Shown: in pieces, positions 56,775-64,000 of the stretch | Position numbering within the stretch: position 1 is the first letter of the stretch | Layout of the letters: each line of letters opens with the position of its first letter | The notes under the pieces: generated by a model | Told to the model about the DNA's origin: nothing | What the model saw: only the letters and a program-made list of their open reading frames with translations | The model's database searches: none | Assembly: GCA_025357755.1 (NCBI GenBank) | Contig: JANXOP010000049.1 | Span: forward strand, 32,333 to 96,332 | Direction of reading: 5' to 3' | DNA length: 64,000 nt | Source: Kofleriaceae bacterium | GTDB lineage: Bacteria > Myxococcota_A > Polyangia > Haliangiales > Haliangiaceae | Translations under genes and position numbers: made by a program

Positions 56775-57304
56775 CTAAACGCGAGGTGGGCAAATGCGGC
56801 GACGACGAGCGCGTGATCGATGCGGCCGTCACGAATTGCGGCGTGGCACTCGGCCAAGGTCGCCGTTTCGGTCTCGATCACCTCCGAGCCTTCGAGCCGG
56901 GGGGCGCTGGTCTGGACGGCATCCCGGGCGAGGAACGTGTACAGGCGGTTGGTCTGGATCGCGGGATTCGGCGAGAGGTCGCCGATCTGCTCCCAGTGCG
57001 GCGCGGTGTAGCCGGTCTCCTCGGCGAGCTCGCGGGCGGCTGCCTCGGCCGGCGCCTCGCCCGGATCGATCATGCCGCCCGGAATCTCGAGGCAGACCTC
57101 TTCAGCCCCGACGCGGAACTGGCGGATCAAGACGACGCGCTGCTCGGGCGTCATCGCGATCACGTTGATCCAGTCGACCGCCTCGATCAGGGAGAACCGC
57201 TTCGTCGCGCCCGTCTGAGGATGGACGCCGTCCACGAAGGCAGTCTTGAACACCCGGTACTCGGCAGCAGGCATGCGCGCGCCGAGGCGCCAAACAAGAT
57301 CCAT
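56771..57304 (-). CDS. NUDIX hydrolase (ADP-ribose pyrophosphatase-like)
   Basis: Nudix box GGMIDPGEAPAEAAARELAEETGY. Confidence 0.85.
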   Translation of the reverse strand: MDLVWRLGARMPAAEYRVFKTAFVDGVHPQTGATKRFSLIEAVDWINVIAMTPEQRVVLIRQFRVGAEEVCLEIPGGMIDPGEAPAEAAARELAEETGYTAPHWEQIGDLSPNPAIQTNRLYTFLARDAVQTSAPRLEGSEVIETETATLAECHAAIRDGRIDHALVVAAFAHLAFR

Positions 57305-57348
57305 GGCGCAGTGTACGGCCTCGCGGGCCAGGCGTACGATCGAAGCGC

Positions 57349-58194
57349 ATGCTCACGGCGACCTCCGAGATCCGGATCGGAAACGCGGGAATGCACACCA
57401 CGCTCGTCCTGGAGCGCTCGGTGCGCGGCACCGTCGTGCGTCGCGATCGGCTCGCGTACGACACGCGGTTCGCCGCGACGGTCGCCGGCAAGGCCGAGCC
57501 CGTCGGTCACGTCTTTCTGATCGTCGCCGGCCGCTACGCTCCGGCGGTCGGCGAGGCGATCGAGGGCCCCGTCGGCTTGGTCCTCGCCGACGACGAGATC
57601 GAGCGGCTCGGCCCGAACTCGCGCACGTTCCGCACCGATGGCGAGCGCGTCCATGTCATCCATCTTCGCTACAGCCGCGAGGATATCGCCGCGTCTGTCG
57701 GGATGGCCGCCGGTCGACTCGCGCTGCCGGACAGCTTCTGGGACCTCGCGCTCCACGTGATGGATCAGCCAACCGCGATCGGCGAGGTGTTCGATGCGCT
57801 GGCCTCGGTAGGCGTCACGCGCCCGGCGGTGCGCATTCACGAGGAGCCCGAGCGCTATCGTCGGCTGTGGGGGGCGTTGCGCCCACTCTACGAGACCTAC
57901 GGGGGCACGGTCTCGCTCAAGCAGCTCGCCGGTAGCCTCGAGATGTCGATGCGCCAGGTCGGCCGCGACGCGAAGGACCTCGCGAACACGTTCGGCATGG
58001 GCAATGGTTTTCGCGATGCGCTGCTGGTGTTGCGCCTGCGCGTCGCGGTGCTCTTGCTGTCCGGTCCGGAGGCCTCGGTGGGTGAGGTCGCGACGCTGGT
58101 CGGCTACGGCAGCCCGATCGCGATGGCCCGCGCATTTCGCGATGCAAAGCTGCCGGCACCGAGCGCGGTCCAGGCCGCGCTGCGCTCCGAATAG
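57349..58194 (+). CDS. AraC family transcriptional regulator
   Basis: C-terminal double HTH: SLKQLAGSLEMSMRQVGRDAKDLANTFG...LRLRVAVLLLSGPEASVGEVATLVGYGSPIAMARAFR. Confidence 0.8.
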   Translation: MLTATSEIRIGNAGMHTTLVLERSVRGTVVRRDRLAYDTRFAATVAGKAEPVGHVFLIVAGRYAPAVGEAIEGPVGLVLADDEIERLGPNSRTFRTDGERVHVIHLRYSREDIAASVGMAAGRLALPDSFWDLALHVMDQPTAIGEVFDALASVGVTRPAVRIHEEPERYRRLWGALRPLYETYGGTVSLKQLAGSLEMSMRQVGRDAKDLANTFGMGNGFRDALLVLRLRVAVLLLSGPEASVGEVATLVGYGSPIAMARAFRDAKLPAPSAVQAALRSE

Positions 58195-58253
58195 ATAGCG
58201 ACAACCTCCGGTTGGTGATGGACGCTCCTGGGGCCGCGCGGTACTCGGGGAAG

Positions 58254-59546
58254 GTGAAGCGACTGTTGTTGATCACGTTGCTCGCGGCAAGCACGGCGCA
58301 CGCAGGTGGCTTCGGCATTCCAGAGATCGGGGTGCGGCGCACCGCGATGGGCGCGGTGATCGGTCGGCCAGACGATCCGTCGTCGATCTATCACAACCCC
58401 GCCGGCCTCGTGCTGCAGGACGATTGGGTCGTCTACGTCTCGATGGGGTTATCCCTGCTCGGCACGCAGTTCGAGCTCGCGCCGTGGGATCAGAGCGATC
58501 GCTTCCTCGGCACCTCGCCGACCTCGACGGGCTACTACGCACCGGTCAAACCGAGCCGCGCATATGGCGTGATCCCGATGATCGCGGTCGAGGGCAAGCT
58601 GACCTCGAAGCTCCACGTCGGTGCTTCGGTGTTCGTCGGCAACGGCACGGGCGCGGCCTTCGAGGACAACGCGGTCACGCGCTATCACTTGATCGATGGA
58701 TACGTGATCGCGCCGCAAGCGGTGCTCGGCGCGGCGTATCAGGTCACGCCCACGCTCGCGCTCGGCGCGACGCTCGGCGTCATCAACATTCGCGTCCACG
58801 GCGAGCGCGACGTGTTTCCGATCCTGAATGGCCAGGACCTGTCGTCGATCGTGGGGACGCAGCCCTCGCTCAAGCTCGACGGTTCGGGCTGGGCCCCGAG
58901 CTACTCGATCGGCATCTTCGGCAAGCCGCATCCGCGGTTCACCTACGGCGCGGCGATCATCGGCCGCGTCGATGCGACGCTCGCTGGCCCGGTCGAAGTG
59001 AAGTACGGCTCGGATGCGCCGGATGCGAACGCGGTGCTCGATGGCACGCAGACCACGACGCAGCTGTTGCCGTGGACGTTCCAGGCCGGAGCGAACTTGG
59101 ATGTCTCGAAGAACCTCGAGATCGGTGCGGAGCTTCGCTACTACCTCTACCGCCAGTACCAGAACCAGCACACCGATATCAGCGGCATCTTCCTGCTCCA
59201 CGAGCTCGATACCAAGAAGGACTATCACGACTCGCAGGAGCTGACCGGTGGGCTGCGCGTGCACGATCTCGAGGCGGCACCGAAGCTCGACCTCATGCTC
59301 GGCGGGCAATACGATCATTCACCGGCGCCGCCGCGCGTGCTCACGCTCGATTCACCCTCGTTCAGCCACTTCGGCCTGCACATGGGTGGGCGCTACACCG
59401 TCGGCCGCTATCGCTTCGGCGCGAGCTACATCCACTACTGGTACGAAGTCCCTACGATCACCAACTCGATCACGAGCCCGCCGACGAACATTCGCGGCAG
59501 CGGCAGCAACAACATCTTCACTCTGTCCGTGGAGGCCCACCTGTGA
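58254..59546 (+). CDS. FadL/OmpP1/TodX-family outer-membrane transporter for hydrophobic compounds
   Basis: GTG 58254 (GGGGAAG upstream) gives (M)KRLLLITLLAASTAHA / GGFGIPEIGVRRTAMGAVIGRPDDPSSIYHNPAGL, the typical FadL N-terminal hatch. Beta-strand pattern to the end. Alternative starts 58212 and 58218. Confidence 0.8.
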   Translation: MKRLLLITLLAASTAHAGGFGIPEIGVRRTAMGAVIGRPDDPSSIYHNPAGLVLQDDWVVYVSMGLSLLGTQFELAPWDQSDRFLGTSPTSTGYYAPVKPSRAYGVIPMIAVEGKLTSKLHVGASVFVGNGTGAAFEDNAVTRYHLIDGYVIAPQAVLGAAYQVTPTLALGATLGVINIRVHGERDVFPILNGQDLSSIVGTQPSLKLDGSGWAPSYSIGIFGKPHPRFTYGAAIIGRVDATLAGPVEVKYGSDAPDANAVLDGTQTTTQLLPWTFQAGANLDVSKNLEIGAELRYYLYRQYQNQHTDISGIFLLHELDTKKDYHDSQELTGGLRVHDLEAAPKLDLMLGGQYDHSPAPPRVLTLDSPSFSHFGLHMGGRYTVGRYRFGASYIHYWYEVPTITNSITSPPTNIRGSGSNNIFTLSVEAHL

Positions 59547-60847
59547 TTCCCGAACATGGCCGCAGCACCGAGGAGATCCTGCGCGAGCTCGCGAGCCGCG
59601 GCGAGGGCGATACCGATTGGCGCGGCGGGCGCGTGTTCTCGCTCGTCTATCACGCGGGCGATGCACACGAGGATCTGATCCATCGTGCGCACGCGCTGTA
59701 CGCCAGTGCGAACCTCCTGAACCCGATGGCGTTCAAGAGCCTCAAGCAGATGGAACGCGAGATCGTGCAGAGTACGGGCGCGCTGTTTCATTGCAGCGGC
59801 GCGGTCGGTACGGTCACCTCGGGCGGCACGGAATCGATCCTGTGCGCGGTCGCGGCGTATCGCGATCGTGCGCGCAAGAAGAAGCCGTGGATCCGCTCCC
59901 CCGAGATCGTGGTCCCCAGGACGATCCATCCGGCCTTCGATAAGGCCGCGCACCTGTTCGGCGTCAAGCTGGTGAAGGTCGATGTCGATGCCGAGCAGCG
60001 CGTAGATCTGCAGAAGGTCGCCAAGGCGATCGGTTGGCGCACGATCTTGATCGTCGGATCCGCGCCTCAATACCCGCACGGCGTGATCGATCCGATCGCG
60101 CAGCTCGGCGAGCTCGCGCAAGAGAAGAAGCTTCCATTGCATGTCGACGCGTGCGTCGGTGGCTTCATGCTGCCCTGGCTCGAGCGGCTCGGTCGGCCGA
60201 TCCCGAAATGGGATTTTCGCGTACCCGGCGTGACCTCGATCAGCGCGGACCTCCACAAGTACGCGTACGCGGGCAAGGGCGCCTCGTGCCTGGTCTGGCG
60301 ATCGATCGAAGACCTGCGCTACCAGATCTTCGTCGCGACGGACTTCCCCGGCGGCATCTACGCGTCGCCGACCTTGATCGGCACCCGCCCGGGCGGCCCC
60401 ATCGCCGCCGCGTGGGCCGCGTTGCAGGGCATGGGTGCGGATGGTTACCTCGCGCTCGCGAAGCGCGCGGTCGATGCCGCCGATGCGCTGCGCGCGGGGA
60501 TCGTCGCGGTTCCGGGCTTGAAGCTGCTCGGCCGACCCGATGCGACGATCGTCAGCTACACGAGCGATGTCGATGTCTACGCGCTCGCCGATCGGCTCGA
60601 GGCGCGCGCCTGGTCGATCGATCGTCAGCATCGGCCGGCGTCGATCCACCTGACGGTGACCGCGAACCATGCGCCGATCGTCGAGGCGTACCTTGCCGAT
60701 CTGCGCGCCTGCGTCGCCGAGGTGCGCGCCAATCCCTCGCTCGCGAAGAGTGGCCAGGCGCCGATGTACGGCATGGCCGCGAAGATGCCTCTCCGTCGCC
60801 TGGTCGCCTCGCAGGTGCGCAAGGTGATCGCGGACATGTACGCATGA
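59543..60847 (+). CDS. PLP-dependent group II decarboxylase-fold enzyme, sphingosine-1-phosphate-lyase-like
   Basis: GTG overlaps the FadL-like stop (GTGA). TSGGTESIL, LHVDACVGGF, ISADLHKYAYAGKGASCLVWRS. The last closely resembles the SPL PLP-lysine motif SADTHKYG.A.KG.S as I recall it. Confidence 0.75.
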   Translation: MIPEHGRSTEEILRELASRGEGDTDWRGGRVFSLVYHAGDAHEDLIHRAHALYASANLLNPMAFKSLKQMEREIVQSTGALFHCSGAVGTVTSGGTESILCAVAAYRDRARKKKPWIRSPEIVVPRTIHPAFDKAAHLFGVKLVKVDVDAEQRVDLQKVAKAIGWRTILIVGSAPQYPHGVIDPIAQLGELAQEKKLPLHVDACVGGFMLPWLERLGRPIPKWDFRVPGVTSISADLHKYAYAGKGASCLVWRSIEDLRYQIFVATDFPGGIYASPTLIGTRPGGPIAAAWAALQGMGADGYLALAKRAVDAADALRAGIVAVPGLKLLGRPDATIVSYTSDVDVYALADRLEARAWSIDRQHRPASIHLTVTANHAPIVEAYLADLRACVAEVRANPSLAKSGQAPMYGMAAKMPLRRLVASQVRKVIADMYA

Positions 60848-62376
60848 AGCGGATCGCGTTCGCACGGATCTGCCAGGAATCGAACGCGCTGTCACCAGTG
60901 CCGACGACGCTGCACGACTTCGAATCCGCGCACTACCTCACCGGTGCGGCGCTGCTCGCAGCGACGACGAAGGGGCCGGAGCTCGCCGGTTACTTCAAGC
61001 GCGCCGAGCTCGCTGGCTTCATGCGCGCCGTCGGCGAACGACCTCGAGAAATTCAAGCCGTACCGTTGATGTCGGCGTGGGCTTCCTCGGGCGGCCCGCT
61101 CTCGCGCGAGTGCTTCGCGACGCTCGAGGCGCGGCTCGTCGCGATGCTGCGCGACGCAGGCCAGATCGATGGCATGTACTTCGCGTTACACGGTGCGATG
61201 GGCGTCGAGGGCATGCGCGATCCGGAGACCCAGCTGCTGCGTGCCGTGCGCTCGGTGATCGGTGATGTGCCGCTCGTGATCTCGCACGATCTTCACGGCA
61301 ACATCACGCGCGAGCGCGTCGAGCTCGCGACCGCCATCGTCGGCTATCAGACCAACCCGCATCGCGATCACGCGAAGGTCGGCCGGAAGGCCGGCCGCAT
61401 CTTGATCGGGGCCGTCCTCGGCGAGCACCGGCCCGTGATGGCCTGGCGCTCGCTGCCGATGATCCTCGGTGGCGGCAAGACGATCGATTTTCTCGCGCCG
61501 ATGCGGGGCGTCTTTCGCAAGATGGCCGCGGCCGAACGCACGCCCGGCGTGCTCGCCGCGTCGACGTTCATGGTCCATCCGTGGAACGACAACCCCGCGC
61601 TCGGTTGGTCGACGTTGGTCGTCACCGATGGTGATCACGCAACCGCGGATCGGATCGCGGACGAGCTCGCCGAGCTGTGCTGGAGTGTGCGTCACGAACA
61701 GCCGCCCGCGTTCCCCGATGCGGCGACCGCGATCACCGCGGCGCGTGGCGCCAAGCTGCGCCGCAAGCTCGGTTGCGTGATGATGGCCGATGCGAGCGAT
61801 GTCGTGACCGCCGGTGCTCCCGGCGATTCGACGCACCTGTTGCGTGCGTTGCTCGAACAAGCCGCGGGCATGCTGGTCTACGCTGCCGTGCGCGATCCGC
61901 AGGCGATCGCCGCGCTCTGGGAGCGTGCGCCTGGCGACCCCATCGCGACCTCGATCGGCGGCACGCTCGATCCGGCACGCTCGCGGCCACTGCCCGTGCG
62001 AGGCACGCTGGTCAGCAAGCACGAGCGCGTCGGCTTCGGGAAGACCATCGTGCTCGCGGTCGACCACGTGCGGATCGTGATCACCGAGGGACCCGCGATG
62101 GTGATGCGACCTTCGTTCTACACCGAGATCGGGCTCGATCCGTGGCGCGCCGATATCGTGGTCGTGAAGAACTTTTTCCCGTTCCTGATGTTCTTTCTGC
62201 CGTACAACCGCAAGACCCTGTTCGTGCGCACGCAGGGCGCGACTGACTTCGATGCCGCGTTCGGCCTCGAGTTCGATGGTCCGATCCATCCGCGCGATCA
62301 CGTGGAGCAGTGGCGCGATCGCGATGCGCTGCGCCGCGGCGTGGTCGAACAAGCTCGCATCGCTCGCGAGGCGTAA
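60844..62376 (+). CDS. M81 family metallopeptidase (MlrC/microcystinase-C-like, DUF1485 + MlrC_C)
   Basis: ATG overlaps the upstream stop (ATGA). MKRIAFARICQESNALSP, DGMYFALHGAM, ISHDLHGN, YQTNPHRD are typical MlrC-like N-domain motifs. Confidence 0.75.
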   Translation: MKRIAFARICQESNALSPVPTTLHDFESAHYLTGAALLAATTKGPELAGYFKRAELAGFMRAVGERPREIQAVPLMSAWASSGGPLSRECFATLEARLVAMLRDAGQIDGMYFALHGAMGVEGMRDPETQLLRAVRSVIGDVPLVISHDLHGNITRERVELATAIVGYQTNPHRDHAKVGRKAGRILIGAVLGEHRPVMAWRSLPMILGGGKTIDFLAPMRGVFRKMAAAERTPGVLAASTFMVHPWNDNPALGWSTLVVTDGDHATADRIADELAELCWSVRHEQPPAFPDAATAITAARGAKLRRKLGCVMMADASDVVTAGAPGDSTHLLRALLEQAAGMLVYAAVRDPQAIAALWERAPGDPIATSIGGTLDPARSRPLPVRGTLVSKHERVGFGKTIVLAVDHVRIVITEGPAMVMRPSFYTEIGLDPWRADIVVVKNFFPFLMFFLPYNRKTLFVRTQGATDFDAAFGLEFDGPIHPRDHVEQWRDRDALRRGVVEQARIAREA

Positions 62377-62525
62377 CGCACGTCAGCTCCGCTTCGTTGT
62401 ATTCGTTGCAGGCACGGCGGAAATGGGCGCAGAAATGGGGCGCGGAAATGGAGACGGCAATGCTCTACTCACTTTACGGCTCGCAACCACCTGAGAATAT
62501 GGTGTCGCCGAGGGACGGCTATTCA

Positions 62526-64000
62526 CTAGAGCAGCGCGAGCTCGCGCGCGATTTCTGAGAATGCCAGCGGCTGCGGCTTGTTCGCGACGATGCTCACGCC
62601 TTCGAGCCGCTGGTCGGTCGTCATGCCGGGTACGAGGAACACGCCGGGCACGAACGACAGCGTCGCGGTCACGCCGTGGAGCTCGCGTGCGAGCTCGTTG
62701 AACCGACCACCGGGTGTCGCGCCGCGCTTCCAGCCAAGCCCTTCGAGGCCGAACAGCTTGCGCGGTGTCGTGATCTTGCCGCGCAGGTCGTGAACGTGGC
62801 GTAGCAACGCCTTCGTGGTCGCGAGGTGCTCCAGCGGGCGCGCGAGCTGCGCGAATGGCTGCACGGGCAGGCGCTGCTTCCAGTCGGCGAGCTGCTTCGT
62901 CGATAGCTCGATCGGATGGACGACCGAGATTTCGGAAGGGGCTGGCGCGGCGACGAGCGTGCCGGTCACGTCTTGGAGCGCATCGCCGACGATGGTGAAC
63001 AGGAGCGGCTTGCCCTTCGTCTTCGCCGCGAACAGCACGTTCGCCGCCGCCGGATGCGCGATCGGATGCTGCAGCACGTCCTCGATAAAGTCGCGGAGCG
63101 AAAACGTGATGCTCTCGACCATGCGCTGTTCGAGGCGCTTCACGAAGGCCTTCGCCGTGGTCTTGATGACCTTGATCTCCTCGCCGGGCCTCGCCTTGGT
63201 CGGCATTAGCTTGTCGGCGAGGTCGTGCTCCTTGACGCCCATGCGCTTCGCGGCGGCATCGAACACGGCACGGGCGCGTGTCTGGACCGAGCGCGTGCGC
63301 AACTTCGTCGCGATCGCGAGCAGCTCGCCGAGGGCGACGCGGCTGTCCATCACGCCGAGTGCATCGACGAGGACCTGCGCCTTCGAGAACATCGCGACAC
63401 GCGGAGCGAGCTCGACCGCATAAGCGGCGAGATCGCGCGCGGTCGCGTCGTCGAAGAACGGGGCAGGGGCGAGCGCGGCCCAGCGATGTTTCGGATCGCC
63501 ACCGAACGCGAGCCAGCCGAGCACGAGGGCGCGTCCCAGGGCTGCGAGCGAGGCGGGCGTGTAGTCTTCGGTTGGTGGTTCGCCACCTGCGACGAGGATT
63601 CGCACGAAGACCTCGAGCTCGTCGCGGGTCATCACCTGCTTGGTCTTCGCGTGCACCGGTGCAGGCAAGCGATCGGGATTCGCGAATGCAGGCAGCGGCT
63701 TCTTGCCCTTCACCGCGAGTACGAGCTTCGCGTCGACGCTGCGCGCGGCTCCATCGTGGAGCGCGCGCGCGAGCAGCGCTGCCGGCGGGCGCAGCGTGCC
63801 GGCGAGCGCGATGCCGAGGCCTTCGCGCAGGGCGGCCGCGGGGAGGTTACCGAGCCGCTTCTGGACGGGCGCGCAGTCCGCGCACGTGGCGAGGGCCGCG
63901 ATCACCGCGGGATTCGCTAGATCCTCGCGCTTCTCGATGCGGGCGAGCGCCGTCTCCAGCTCGATCTGGTCGGCGAAGTTCTCGATGATGCAGTCATCGA
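62526..64000 (-). CDS. DUF4132-like large protein, C-terminal part (5' end outside the window)
   Basis: The reading frame stays open and protein-like upstream of GTG 63905 to the window edge (...DDCIIENFADQIELETALARIEKREDLANPAVIAALATC...). The C-terminal region (FTIVGDALQDVTG...HPIEL...W...FAQL) resembles DUF4132 as I recall it. Confidence 0.55.
   Translation of the reverse strand, partial: DDCIIENFADQIELETALARIEKREDLANPAVIAALATCADCAPVQKRLGNLPAAALREGLGIALAGTLRPPAALLARALHDGAARSVDAKLVLAVKGKKPLPAFANPDRLPAPVHAKTKQVMTRDELEVFVRILVAGGEPPTEDYTPASLAALGRALVLGWLAFGGDPKHRWAALAPAPFFDDATARDLAAYAVELAPRVAMFSKAQVLVDALGVMDSRVALGELLAIATKLRTRSVQTRARAVFDAAAKRMGVKEHDLADKLMPTKARPGEEIKVIKTTAKAFVKRLEQRMVESITFSLRDFIEDVLQHPIAHPAAANVLFAAKTKGKPLLFTIVGDALQDVTGTLVAAPAPSEISVVHPIELSTKQLADWKQRLPVQPFAQLARPLEHLATTKALLRHVHDLRGKITTPRKLFGLEGLGWKRGATPGGRFNELARELHGVTATLSFVPGVFLVPGMTTDQRLEGVSIVANKPQPLAFSEIARELALL

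Overview
Dense, very GC-rich chromosomal segment. It looks myxobacterial: a MYXO-CTERM sorting tail, an MJ0042-type zinc-ribbon/TPR protein, a CdnL-type regulator, many lipoproteins, and frequent NTGA start/stop overlaps. I support about 64 protein-coding genes. I could not recognise any rRNA, tRNA, CRISPR array, transposase or integrase by eye.

Recognisable core genes: sppA, gltX, asnS, cdnL, and a partial complex I operon nuoA-B-C-D-G-H-I. That operon has no nuoE/F between D and G and no nuoJ-N after I. The rest is sensory and envelope biology: six histidine-kinase/response-regulator genes, a Ser/Thr kinase, a PilZ protein, an MshEN-REC-TPR protein, an ECF sigma/anti-sigma pair, and M23, M74 and M81 peptidases.

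Most interesting locus (32545-38232): four tandem paralogs of an uncharacterised exported protein, translationally coupled to an ECF sigma factor and a ZAS/FecR-like anti-sigma factor. Each paralog has a signal peptide, a strongly conserved ~75-aa two-Cys domain, a Pro/Asp-rich linker and a predicted small beta-barrel. It looks like a cell-surface-signalling-like module built on a small barrel rather than a TonB-dependent transducer.

Other notable points:
- NuoH carries an N-terminal lipoprotein signal plus a copper-ligand-less cupredoxin-like domain.
- A FadL / sphingosine-1-phosphate-lyase-like / MlrC-like operon sits behind an AraC regulator.
- A fatty-acid desaturase is co-transcribed with an intramembrane-type kinase and an OmpR-type regulator.
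- A DUF4331-like protein is split into two separately exported ORFs.
- A MYXO-CTERM metalloprotease has no signal peptide and lies 1.5 kb from a CPBP intramembrane protease.

All calls come from reading the translations and DNA by eye. No database search was run.
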